A stretch of 64,000 nt of DNA from Octopus sinensis (GCF_006345805.1 NC_043009.1:58528001-58592000), one strand, 5' to 3'. Numbered from the stretch's first letter, positions 1-12,290 are shown. Notes: generated from the sequence alone by a model not told the origin. Translations and numbers: made by a program.

Positions 1-84
1 TTTTCTTTCCAAGGTCTGGGGTATCCCGCCCCTGAGCCCTAGACCATCACCTAATTATCCTTACCCGTCTTGTTGCTTAAGAAG

Positions 85-104
85 AAGAACAACAACAACA
101 ACAG

Positions 105-148
<44 letters not shown>

Positions 149-149
149 G

Positions 150-198
<49 letters not shown>

Positions 199-200
199 AG
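85..200. repeat. Compound trinucleotide microsatellite (AAC/ACT/GCT)
   Basis: Direct runs of aac, act and gct units. Confidence 0.95.
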
Positions 201-1894
201 CATCAACATCAACTGCAAGGATATGTAGCTAACCTTTAGAGTAACTGAATAAAATGTCCCCTCACACTACAGAGGAACGAACAATTTGCCTTCTGTTAGC
301 GGCCGGACATTCTGTAAACGTATACAGTATCCCAATTCAGAAAAGACGCGCTACTTTTGGTTACAATATTATTGTTTCGTAAGAGTGTATTATCGAGATC
401 GTATTTTCTCCGAAGACAAAGGAATGCTTCTCTTGTCATCGGCTCTATATCAGAGAAGCAGGTATGACGGAGCGATTTGGAAGAATGTTAACGAGTTCCA
501 TCCCAATGCAAAGCACCTTGTGCAAATGTGATTGGTGATATACTGAAGTAAAGCAAAGACATATAAGAGAATTTGAGTAGATATAAAATATGTGTAAAAC
601 CTCCGTGGCCGACTTAGATGTTTTTCAATAGATTTAATTCGTCCGCATATTTAATACCTGTATTTGGGTTTTCTCGGATGCAACACTTGATAACAATTCG
701 ACTTAGGACTTATAAACCATTAGCCGTAACTTATCTCTCCCTTTCTTCCCCCTTAGTCTTGTAAGTTATCGTTCATCTCCGCAGCAGTGCATTCATTGAT
801 AAAAGAAAAGAAGAATGACTGGAACGTCGATTAATTTTTACACTTCTCCGTATCATTGTATAATAATCTGAATAATAATGAGAGGCTTAGGAGAAAATTA
901 GTGGAGTATAATTTGACAACTTACCATATTTCATGACATGAAACACGTTCGAGCATATCAGACCCAACCCGGATTCATCCGCATATATTCATGGGAAAAT
1001 AAGCGTCAGGGACATTATTAGATGATAGTAGGTTCAACTTCGCATATAAAGCTTGCAGTGACATTTTAAGAGATTTTGTTTGAGAAAAGATTGTCTTATA
1101 AGCCATCAAATGCAGTAACAAATTCGTAAGTTCTGTATGATACGTCATAAAGCAGATCCATAACCGAAACCACTTCAGTTGTGATTATCCTATTCTGAAA
1201 GTATCTTGTACTAACATTATCTAATATAGTCCGGACTGAGATAAAAGAGCATGTTGATTTATCTTTGAAGGCCGAGGGAGTCTGGAATAACTGGACGAAA
1301 GCGCCCTTAGATTGTAAAGTACTGAATTTCGAATTCTGAGTTGGGGGCACGTGATCTCCTTTCGAGAAAGATTTCAATTTCGATTCTCACTTTCCTACTT
1401 TTACTTTCATCTTAAATCTTCAAGTATTTCGCCACATCTGTTATAGTTTTCCGATTTCTTCCCCCCTACACACCTACACTCTCATAAACAAGTAAAAAAA
1501 AATCATTATTATTAATATCATTTCATCGTGACTATTATTATATTATTATCTTTATTAGCTTATCGACACCAAAAACGGAATTAATAATTCTTTGTTTTCT
1601 TGTTTTCTTTTCCGGTATTTGAAACGAACCTATATGTTCTGATTTTAGTTCAAAGACACTCAATAAGGAGAAATTGAAAGAAAACAAATGGCAAACAAAG
1701 AAAGAACAAGAAGAACAATAATGGCAAAATATTTAATAAATATGAACAAACAAAAAAGACCGAAACGAACCTAATGTTTTTTTTTTGTAGTTCTCTTAGT
1801 GGGTGTACGGTGTGTTGTGGTGGTGATTGTGTTTGAGTTATTACATGATAAGAATGGTGGTTTCGTTCGGGGCGGCCATATTCATAACTGCATA

Positions 1895-2008
1895 GAAGTA
1901 GTAGTAGTGGTGGTAGTAGTAGTAGTAGTGTAGTAGTAGTAGTATTTTGTAGTGGTAGTAGTTTTATTATTAGTAGTTGTAGTAGTAGTAATGGTAGTAA
2001 TAGTTGTT

Positions 2009-2050
<42 letters not shown>

Positions 2051-2395
2051 ACACGTGAAGTGGTGGCTGTTAGGTGCAGTTATTGTGTTCTAACGATGGC
2101 GACCATGAAGTGTTAGCCTATTTTCATAGCTGTAATATAGAATAGTAGTAGTAGTAGTAGTATTAGTATTAATAGTAGTAGTAGTAGTAGTAGTAGTATA
2201 GTAGTAGTAGTAGTAGCAGTAACAGCGTTGTTAGTGGTGGTGGTAGTAATATTGGTGCCGACTGCCCAAGGTGAGCATTGCTAGGTATTGGTGGCAGCAC
2301 CAGTTATGTTGTGCAAGCAACGGTTCTACTGCTGGTTGTGTTGTTCTGGTTTTTGCTATTAAATATGTAATATAGAATAGTAGTAGTAGTAGTAT

Positions 2396-2434
<39 letters not shown>

Positions 2435-2462
2435 CAGTAGTAGTAGTAGTAGTAGTAGTAGC

Positions 2463-2499
<37 letters not shown>

Positions 2500-2500
2500 A
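1895..2500. repeat. Interrupted (AGT)n arrays
   Basis: Several agt runs separated by short unique spacers. Confidence 0.95.
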
Positions 2501-2632
2501 TAAGTGATGTTATTGTGTCAGTCTTTGTACTTGCCGCATTTTAATAAAGACGTAAATTGTTCAATGTGATCAATTAGATGCAATCCGGACAACAGACACA
2601 CATACGCACACACCACACACACACCGCACATA

Positions 2633-2672
<40 letters not shown>

Positions 2673-2751
2673 GTATATATATACACGCATATGAGTAATG
2701 TATACATGTAAAATACACTCATACTTCATACTTACATATATATATTATATA

Positions 2752-2821
<70 letters not shown>

Positions 2822-2825
<4 letters not shown>

Positions 2826-3170
2826 CTTTGATACTTTGATAGGTTTCGGCCATTATTGGCCCAGGCCATGTCTAACTTAATAGCACCACCTGGTGAAGTC
2901 TTTCAAGTCAGAATTTGGGCACTATGGCCCACTCAAGTAGAGAGTTATTGTTTACAGAGACATATCCGGGTGTAGGGGGTTTATCCGGGATTTCTTGAAG
3001 GAATCTGTCCAAAGACTTCTTGAACCATATAGGGTCAGTTTCTGTTTTAATGTGTTTTGGTGTAATGTTAAAGAGAGCGGGGCCAATTGAGGTGAAATAA
3101 TTGTGCCGTATTGTTGTTATGAGATGAGAGTGCGATTTTTGTTTTGGGCGGATGGCACGGGGCACATATG
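2822..3170 (-). mobile_element. 3' end of a CR1/L2/Jockey-type LINE (RT C-terminal tail plus 3' UTR), embedded in TA tracts
   Basis: ORF 2908-3165 reads YFTSIGPALFNITPKHIK...FKKSLDRFLQEIPDKPPTPGY...NSLLEW, the typical LINE RT C-terminal pattern; it is followed by a GGCC-aataat-GGCC stem-loop and an (ATCAAAGT)2 tail. Confidence 0.8.
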
Positions 3171-3559
3171 CATATATATAATATATATATATATTAATAT
3201 ATATATATATATAATATATATATATATTATATATATATATTATATATTATATATATAATATATATATATATATAATATTGAATATATATACATATGTATA
3301 TATATATATATATCAATATATATATATGTATATATATATATGCATATTATAATATATATATGTGTATACATTTATATATAAACACATATAGGAATATATA
3401 TCTATACGTATGCATGTAGGTATATGAATATGCGTTTATATATGTATGTGTATTTGTAGGTATGTGTGTATGTATGACTGTATGTATGTGAGTCTGTGTA
3501 TATGTACACACATCTCACTATTTGAACTCTAAATCATCTGTGGTTTGCATACAGGCATG

Positions 3560-3601
<42 letters not shown>

Positions 3602-3955
3602 AGTACATGTACACAAGCACGAGATTAGACATACATTCACCTATGTTTTTATTGTTTGTAGGGAAAGCCTGTAAGACAAACATTATATACACATTCTTAT
3701 CTGGAGACAATTCGACGATCGAGCACAAATGCAACATAGTTTTTTCAAATACATGGGAACAGGTAGTCACATGCACGTGCGCATACGCTCCCCCCACCCC
3801 CACCCCGCCCGCCACACACACACACACACACACACATGCAGTAATGCATGTCTCAATCTATGTGTAGCGCGCGCGTTGGTATGTGCTTCTGTATATGTCT
3901 CAGTTTGTAAAACCAATTATATTTCCGGCGGAAACTGCCGATACATCTACGTTCA

Positions 3956-4355
3956 TCTTTATATATAAAAGTGAAGTTGTGTGTCTGTCTCCTACGATTT
4001 AGATTCCTAACTACTCCCACATTTTGCGGTGCAGTTTAACCGAAACCGGGTATGTTATAGCCGTGATTCATATCGATCCCTTCTGGGTACTAGCACGCGT
4101 CTATGATGAGTCTACGATTTAAAAAAAAATTTACCATCAATTTTTCCCATTTCTAATGCATTTTTTCGCTATTATATAAGAGAAGTAACTCTCTAAAAAT
4201 GTCTACGATGAGTCAACGATTTTTAAAAAAATTTACCATAATTTTTTTTTCCATTTTTAATGCATTTTTTTGCTATTTTTTGGCTATAACTCTCTAAAAA
4301 TGCTTATATAGTTATTTCCCTTAAAAACCCGAGCAACGCCGGGCGATACTGTTAG
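3956..4355 (+). mobile_element. Non-autonomous Helitron
   Basis: Starts TC (TCTTTATATATAAAAG) after an A; subterminal GC hairpin cccgagcaacgccggg at 4328-4343; ends TTAG (CTAG variant) before a T; internal ~100-bp tandem duplication. Confidence 0.75.
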
Positions 4356-4852
4356 TTTTATATAATCTCGTTACTCTTTTTAGCTTTCCTTTCTTTCTTT
4401 TCTTCATAGCTCGTCTATTTTATTTTACATCCCGATTCTAAGGACAGTGCGTTGATTCTTTAAAAAACTGACGTCTCTCACAACGTCAGTTCCTCGTTTT
4501 TGTCATTAAAAGTAGCGTGAATAAATCTTAAAAGACAACAAATACCTGTATTTAGCCCCATGGCGTGTGGTCCTTCGTTTTTATGCTTCATATTTTTACA
4601 ACAGATATAACTTAATGCATTAGTAAATCCATACTAATCCTTAAGCGTCATCAAAAACGTGTTGTTCAATAATTTTCTTATAGACAAAAATGTTGATTGA
4701 AATATGGTAAGCAAAAACATTTTAATTTCTTCTGAATTTTATATTCAAAATATATTTTCTTCAAAGGATTTCTTTTACGAAATGCGCCAATAAGTTTTCT
4801 GTTTCTGCTGTAGAAGGCCACAAACAGATAAGCAAGTGTGAGTGGCTAACAC

Positions 4853-5090
4853 ATAGGATGATAAACTAAAATGGGAATATTTCGTTTTGGGATTTGGTTT
4901 GCATGATTCTTTATATGAGTTTGTGTGTTGAAACATATTCTGTTGTGTCTGGGGAGAGTCATTTTCTTTTTGTAAGACACAGAAAATTTAAGGAGAATAA
5001 ACATAAGAAATAAGTGGAAATTTTACCGTGAGTGTATTAAATTATCAGGCACAAAAAGAAAAGACTCTCCCCGGACACGACAGAATAAAA
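4853..5090. mobile_element. Collapsed palindromic MITE-like remnant
   Basis: Imperfect ~38-bp inverted repeats at 4936-4973 and 5051-5087. Confidence 0.55.
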
Positions 5091-5144
5091 TGGGAATGAT
5101 TTCCTGTTAGTACCAGAATAAATATCGAAAATGAGACCCTTGGG

Positions 5145-5363
5145 CTTATAATCCTTCTACTATAAGTACAAGACCTGAAATTTTGAAGGTAGAAGCTAGT
5201 CGATTACATCTATCCAAGTGCGTAATTGGTACTTACTTCATTGACCCCAAAAAGGTGAAAGGCAAAGTCGAACTCTGCGCAATTTGAACTCAGAACATAG
5301 GGACGGACGCAGTGCCGCTAAGCATATTGCCGGCGTGCTAACAATTTTGGCAGCTCACCGCCT
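5145..5363 (-). mobile_element. SINE family B, diverged
   Basis: Reverse-complement match to the 26098-26324 copy (tttgaactcagaac, ccgctaagcat, aaaggcaaagtcga). Confidence 0.8.
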
Positions 5364-5824
5364 CTTCTTGGGCCAATAAAGATACGTCTCGTAACCGTCT
5401 AAAATAAGTAACAGTGTTCACATCCTAGAAATCGTTGCCTCGCTGACAACTAACACATATATAATCATGGACCTGAAGTCGTTAAGCAAAGCGACCTTTC
5501 TTCCAAGCCAACCTTAGGCCTTGGACATACATATACTCTAGTCTAATACTTGCCATACAGGTCGGAAAAGAAAATTACTCAAATCACCTTTGTTATGTTC
5601 GGACTACGAGGAATGTTCAAGAATTTCCTGCTGGCTGTGATTTTTGCGATTATCTACCAGAATTTTTGTATTTGTTGTAGTTTTATAAGGTCCTACTTTT
5701 CGCAGGAATCTTTCTCATTACTTGTATTCAGAGGAAAGCTAACTTTTATATTGATTTCAAATTTTGACACAAGGCCAGCAATTTCGATTGAGGGGATAAG
5801 CCGAATACATCGACCCCATTCTTC

Positions 5825-6135
5825 AAATAATATTTATTTTATCTACTTCGATCGAAAGGATGAGAGGCAAAATCGACACCGGGGGCTAAGCATTTTTGTC
5901 AGGCGCGCTATTGATTCCGTCGCATTGCTGTGTTTAGGTTACATCTATACCCGTTTCATATTGGCACAATGCCAGCAACTTTGGTGATGTAGGTCGATTA
6001 TATCGACTCCAGTACTCAACTTGTATTTGTTTTATTGACTCTGAGCGGATGAACTGCAACGCCAACCTCTTTGGAATTTGATCTCAGAAAGTAACGAATG
6101 ACGAAATACCGCTAAGCATTTTGCCCAGCGATTTA
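5825..6135 (-). mobile_element. Two degenerate SINE family B fragments
   Basis: gtcgattatatcgac, gacgaaataccgctaagcatttt and ggcaaaatcgac motifs. Confidence 0.6.
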
Positions 6136-6206
6136 GAAACTCTACAACATTGATTCCTAAGATAACATTTACACAAACCCCTTTTTTGTTGGAAGCGTGA
6201 ATATGT

Positions 6207-6366
6207 GCAGGAGTGGCTGTGTGGTAAGTAGCTTCCTTACCAACCACATGGTTCCCGGTTCAGTCCCACTGCGTGGCACCTTGGGCAAGTGTCTTCTACT
6301 ATAGCCTTAGGTTGACCAAAGCCTTGTGAGTGGATTTGGTAGACGGAAACTGAAAGAAGCTCGTCG

Positions 6367-6413
<47 letters not shown>

Positions 6414-6600
6414 TTGTGTGTCTGTGTATGACCCCCCAACATCACTTGACAACCGATGCTGGTGTGTTTACGTCCCCATCACTTAGCAGTTCGGCAAGAG
6501 AGACCGATAGAATAAGTACTAGGCTTACAAAGAATAAGTCCTGGGGTCGATTTTCTCGACTAAAAAGCGATGCAGTCAAATGCCTGAAACAAATAAAAGA
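6207..6600 (+). mobile_element. SINE family A (tRNA head, CORE-like block, internal TA/TG tract)
   Basis: A-box tggctgtgtggtaag, B-box ggttcagtccc, ccttgggcaagtg block, aaaga tail; many copies in the window. Confidence 0.9.
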
Positions 6601-6659
6601 AAGAAAGAAAGAAAGAAAGAGGGCTCTATTTAAAGAAAGAAAGAAAGAAAGAAAGAGGG

Positions 6660-7560
6660 CTCTATTTAAAGTTGCCCTCGCCTCGTTTATCTGTTATCTT
6701 GTAGTGATATGTACATTTTTAGAACTTTATTATATTTTGTTAACTAAAGTGTAATTATGTTCTGTTATCATTCTTTCGTTTTTGTATTTTCTGTTTTCGG
6801 TGGTAGTGTAGTTGCATATTTCCATTTGTGTTTCCTTTATTTATTGTTTTTGTTGATGTGTTCGTTGTGCGTGTGGACGACTAAGGTGGAGGTTTGTTTT
6901 GTTTTTTAGTTCAATACCAGTTTTTGTTTTTCATGTTGCGCCAATCACTTTTTTTGGGGGGTCTTTTGGTTCGTTTGACTACGCACTATCCAACAGATTT
7001 TCCTCCGCTTCTCGTTATTTGATGAAACGTCGGAACGGAGGGTTGACGGTTGGTTGATGTACATGCTTTTGCGATGACCGTGTGAATTGTTGATTTCTGC
7101 AAAGAGGAGACATTTCTGTGAGACGTCTTTCGAAACTGGCAGCGTCTTCTCCCTACCTTCGCCCTGATTTTGAGTTTTGTTACTGTTTCTTTTGCTTCTG
7201 TTACTATTGATCTATTGGCAGTTATATTGGTGGCAGCAAGGGACTTTCATCCACTCTCTTCAGAGCTGAAAGCTATCTAATGTTTCGGTGCTACCACATG
7301 TAAAACACCTACGTCTTCTCTCTGCCACAAGTTGTTAATTTAATACAGTCGAGGACTATTTGGAAGTCTACAGTTGTGGGTAGCATTTTTTAAAGCGCAA
7401 GCTGAACTGCTGATCAGTTCCGAGAAGTTGAAGTGAAGATTTTATTTCTATTATTTCTTTGTGTTCCTCCAGTAGCATTACTATGGGTGTTGGCTCGTGA
7501 GGGAGTGGTGCAATATGATGTTATAAACTGTATTGTTTTGGAGAGTGTTGGGGGAAATGT
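6660..7560 (-). mobile_element. Possible decayed retroelement ORF1-like remnant
   Basis: Minus-strand RRRCFTCGSTET near 7280 resembles a degenerate CCHC zinc knuckle; many stops. Confidence 0.3.
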
Positions 7561-7595
7561 ACGGTAGGACATTCAATTCCGATATATTTTACTGT

Positions 7596-7802
7596 TTTAC
7601 TCTTTACTCGTTTCAGTCATTTGACTGTGGCCATGGTGGAGCACCGGCTTTGGTCGAGCAAATCGACCCCGGAACTTATTCTTTGTAAGCCTAGTACTTA
7701 TTCTATCGGTCTCTTTTGCCGAACCGCTAAAGTACGGGGATGTAAATACACCAGCATCGGTTATCAAGCGATGTTGCGGCACAAACAGAGACACACAAAC
7801 AC

Positions 7803-7840
<38 letters not shown>

Positions 7841-7853
7841 ACAACATATACAT

Positions 7854-7888
<35 letters not shown>

Positions 7889-8004
7889 TATATACGACAG
7901 GCTTCTTTCAGTTCCCGTCAACACTTGCCCAAGGTGCCACGCAGTGGGACTGAACCGGGAACCATGTGGTTCGTAAGCAAACTACTTACCACACAGCCAC
8001 TTCT
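7596..8004 (-). mobile_element. SINE family A with ~60-bp internal deletion
   Basis: Reverse-complement match to family A; the segment between cagttcccgtc and acacttgccc is missing. Confidence 0.9.
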
Positions 8005-8019
8005 GTTTTATATCCTAGA

Positions 8020-8400
8020 TACTGAATTTCCGAATTGCTTGGCTTGTCGTATTCCATTACCGATTACGGATAGTGTGTAATTCCTGACAAACATTGTAAC
8101 CTTCAGCTCTGGAAGGCTTTTGTCACCGATGTTTGAATTGGATACGACTACAAATCCTTTTGACTAAGTTATAAGGAACATTTATTTTGGAGCATCGTGG
8201 ATGGCAGGAATTGAATGAAAGATATTGTTTGCAGTTTATAGTAAATGTCTGTGTCTATTTGGCTGTTGACTTTTTTTATAATGATGTCTAAAGATGAGAG
8301 TTGGTTATGATTATATTCCACGGTGAAATATGTTTAATTCTAAAAAAGAATGTTACAATCGTCATTGTCTTGGAGCTATTTTCGAAATATACGTGTATAT
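8020..8400 (-). mobile_element. Penelope-like element RT C-terminal fragment, frameshifted
   Basis: Minus-strand peptides DDC, FTVEYNHNQLSSLDIIIKK, IDTDIYYK and KQYLSFNSCHPRCSKINVPYNLVKRIC match the PLE RT pattern FLD..I.K...TDIYYKPT...YL.F.S.HP. Confidence 0.75.
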
Positions 8401-8925
8401 ATTTAAAGCATGTTTCTATATTTTCGTAGTGAGTTTTGGTAGATGAAGGAACTGTTTATCCTCATCACATTAAAATAATTTTTTCCGAAAAATGTCATTA
8501 ATCTTATAGTAAGAAGAAAGTTATCATTGATGATTGCATGCAAAAAGAATTATAAATTATTTCGTTATGCGATAGAGCTATTCACGTGTATCATTATCTA
8601 AACTGAATTTAATGGCTTCAATTCTTAACACGTGAGTGATATTAGAAATATTTGAATAAATACACACTACATCAGCGTTTTTCGTTGATTTTATTTCGGA
8701 AGATGGATTAGCACGGATAAACCATCTCTTATGAAACTCGTGGAGCGATTGGGGATTAGCTTGACTATCCACTTCTCAATGTTTCTGCAGAAATGTGGCA
8801 GAGAATGAGAGACAAGTACGGTCCACTCGACGACAAATGTTTTCGACGATGCCACAACTTACATTGGAAGTGGTTACGCTGACAATAAAACGACTACAAC
8901 AAGCACTATTTTCGCAGCTCCTACA

Positions 8926-9240
8926 GCTGTTGGGAGACGCAATGGCCCATTGGTTAGGGTAGCGGACTCGCGATAGGAGGATCGCGGTTTCGATTCCCAG
9001 ACTGAGCGTTGTGTGTGTTTATTTAGCGAAAACACCTAAAAAATCTCCACGAGGCTCCGGCGGGCGTTGGTGGCGACCCCTGTTGTACTCTTTCGCCACA
9101 ACTTTCTCTCACTCTCTCTCTTCCTGTTTCTTGAGTAACGCTGCCATGGACTGGCGTCCCGTCCAGCTGGGGGGAACGCATACGCCACAGAAACCGGGAA
9201 ACCGGGCCCATGAGCCTAGCTAGGCTTGAAAAGGGTGACG
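8926..9240 (+). mobile_element. tRNA-derived SINE family E, 3' type 1
   Basis: tggcccattggttag A-box, ggtttcgattccc B-box, agcgaaaacacctaa block; 3' part atggactggcgtcccgtccag. Confidence 0.8.
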
Positions 9241-9915
9241 TTTATCGTTTTAAAAATGTTGACCGTGATGCTGCTGCTAATGCCGACAGCCGTTTCTGAA
9301 GCTTCCCCTCTGCGCCTACTACACAGACCTAGCAAGAATAATAAAGAATCGAAATCAACAGCTCCATAAGATTTTTGAACGAAAATGTGAAATTCCACAT
9401 TTGATGTCATGAAGGGTTAATGTTTTTTATTTGAATTTACTTTTTGTCTTTTCTCAGCATGAATAAATCTTGTTTATTAAACGATTGAAACTGGTAACAA
9501 TGTCATAAAAGTGTAAATACTTTCTTTCATCAAATATAAATTCCTCAAAGAACGTTCTTCATTCTGTTTTTGAATACGTATACATGCATACATGTATGTA
9601 TATATATATATATATATATATTAATATATGCATATATATTTGTATGCATGTTTACACATTTACACGCACACAATCATTTACACTCACACACGCACACACA
9701 ATGTTGCTTCGATGAATAATTATACTATGGAACTATACTTCCTTCAAGAACTATATGGCTCTTCACTCTTTTGTTATATATACATTTTCTTATTTTCTTT
9801 CGCTACCTGTGCATTCCATATTTTGTCTTACTGAACGTCAGTACCTCATCTCAAAGACCGTCTCTCTGCCTCCGTATTCTAACAATTTTTGTATGTATGT
9901 ATGTATGTATGTATG

Positions 9916-9956
<41 letters not shown>

Positions 9957-10094
9957 GTGTATGTGTGTGTGTCTGTGTCTTAAGTATGTACAAGACTATA
10001 TAAAAATAAATAAATGTGTCTCACATCATCACCAGTTACACCACCATCTCAGTTGCTTTTCCGTCTCAAAGCTCTCTAACTCACTCATTCTCTC

Positions 10095-10144
<50 letters not shown>

Positions 10145-10190
10145 TCTCTCAATCCAGTTATTTTTGCTTCACAATCACCATATCCATATT

Positions 10191-10245
10191 TCTCATACAT
10201 TTCGTTGACGCCATTTTACGCGCACCAACCGGAAATGACTTTCAC
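10191..10245 (-). promoter_or_regulatory. Candidate promoter / first exon (ETS + YY1-like motifs, ATG GCG TCA ACG AAA T|gtatga)
   Basis: CCGGAAAT at 10229-10236, AAAATGGCG with ATG at 10214, GT donor at 10198-10197; a CpG-containing island between microsatellites. Confidence 0.35.
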
Positions 10246-10419
10246 AGAAAGCATTTTACTTGGTGATTCTCTCACTCTCGTACAAAGCTAAGCAAAAGCC
10301 GAATCAATAATGAAAACATCACCAATTCCATGAATGGCTAAATTTTTCTAGACTTCTTGTCATTTTCATTCTTCAGGCTTCTACTTTGGAACAACAAAGC
10401 TAATAAAACCGAAAAACCA

Positions 10420-10509
10420 AAGTAATAATAACAATAATAGTAATACTGATAATAATAATAACAATAATAATAATAAATAATAATAATAATAATAATATAA
10501 TAATAATAA

Positions 10510-10575
<66 letters not shown>
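10420..10575. repeat. (AAT)n microsatellite
   Basis: Direct. Confidence 0.95.
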
Positions 10576-10577
<2 letters not shown>

Positions 10578-11145
10578 ATTGTAATATAATAGAACATAAC
10601 ACATATATAATAGATCGAACACAAATTCATACATATACATTCTCGCACACACGTATGCACACACGCACATTCGCACACACACTCACACACATACACACGC
10701 ACAGGGACACATGCTCAAAGACACGCACACATAAACAAAGCTAATCTGACACACATAAGGAAAAATTTTTCGGAAAAATGAAAAGTGCTAAAAGAGAAAA
10801 AAAAAATGTAACAAAATAGAGTAAAAATTATGCGAAGAACGTACCAAACGAAGGTTTGAAGAGAAATCTTTTGAAGCGAAAAATTTGACAGTTGTATTGG
10901 CCAAAGACGTATGCGTAAGATAATGGATTAAGATAAAAGCTGAGTGGTACGGTTTCATATCCGACTGATGGCAATGTGCTTATTTGAGGAAACAACACTG
11001 AAGCGTAAAGCCTCACGGTTAATCCGAATGTATGTCCTATCTAAAGTACACATAAATTTATGCATTTTTGTACACATTTGTGTGTGTGTTTCAGTACGTA
11101 TATGCATGTATGTACACGCATACACACACACACACACACACACAT

Positions 11146-11176
<31 letters not shown>

Positions 11177-11334
11177 CCAATTAAGGACTGAACACGAAAA
11201 GTGGACTGTCAAAATGCTAGATATAGACGTCAATTCGCCATTCTCCACAAAAGTAATCTTTTGTGGAGAATGGCGATTTGACGTCTATATCTAGCATGTT
11301 GACTGTCCACTTTTCGTGTTCAGTCCTTAATTGG
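11177..11334. mobile_element. 158-bp hairpin MITE-like element flanked by TA
   Basis: 77-bp arms with 3 mismatches, 4-nt loop taat at 11254-11257, TA on both sides. Confidence 0.75.
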
Positions 11335-11464
11335 TATATATAAATATTTTAATCTTCGGATTCTTTTTTTAATATGCTAGACAAATGGTTTTAATTGATA
11401 AATATTGATTTCTACCCTTAATTAGTCACACATAGTCACACACAGAGACACATATACTTAATTA

Positions 11465-11612
11465 AAAAAACGTAGAAAAACCAAGAAAAAGAACAAAAAC
11501 GCGAGGTCTTAGCATATGTAAAGTATTATTAAGACGCTCAGAGAAAGAAAAGAGTGGTTGTTTTACGTTTCGAGCATACTTTTTTCTCGGAAACATGTAA
11601 CATGGGCAAGTC
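11465..11612 (-). mobile_element. Penelope-type terminal repeat, diverged copy
   Basis: Reverse complement aligns with 54455-54640 (gtttccga, gctcgaaacgt, ctgagcgt, aataatacttta, cctcgcgtt). Confidence 0.6.
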
Positions 11613-11926
11613 CTAATAAAAAGGAAGAAGGAGGAAATAAATCGCCAACAGACCAGTTGTTGTTACATTTTTGAAATAACCGGATGTAGAAGGAGAAATA
11701 GAAAGTGCTTTCGCGTACAGGAGGGTGTGAAGAATGGCTGTTATCTTTGTGAATGAGTGTGCGTTTAGTGTCACGCGTGTGTGTGTTGCTGACAGTGTGT
11801 GCATGGTAGCGTGTGTGCGTGTGACAGTAACTAAGTGATGTATATATATAAACTCCGCCAGCAGTGACTAAAACTTACATCCGTTACTGCCGCCTCTAAA
11901 AGAGTAAAAGAGTATAAACACACACA

Positions 11927-11976
<50 letters not shown>

Positions 11977-12236
11977 TTATATATATATAAGGAGAAAAAG
12001 AGAGAGAAACATAGTTTACAGTTCCCTTGAAGTGAGGTCAACAAAGAAATTACTACATCCATTGAGAAATAATTACCATTTAATGTTCACAGTATTCAAA
12101 TGGGAACAACAAGTATTTCCTTGCTTTGGAGACGCACGTCTCTGCAGTTTCTTTGCAATTTCGAACGCTCCCTAGACTCGCCTCTCCAACGCAAGATACT
12201 TTTAGCGGATAATGTAATTATACTGGGTACATAGGA

Positions 12237-12276
<40 letters not shown>

Positions 12277-12290
12277 ATGTGTGTGTGTGT

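Noticed and set aside
230-545. Strong minus-strand acceptor near 543, and a plus-strand MSPHTTEERT... peptide vaguely like a Tc1 N-terminus
   Set aside because: All three frames after the acceptor hit stops; the transposase resemblance is too weak
8790-8885. ttctgcag|aaATG...MWQRMRDKYGPLDDKCFRRCHNLHWKWLR*, and a minus-strand CLSFSATF resembling DEAD-box motif III
   Set aside because: No recognisable family, and no other helicase motifs in frame
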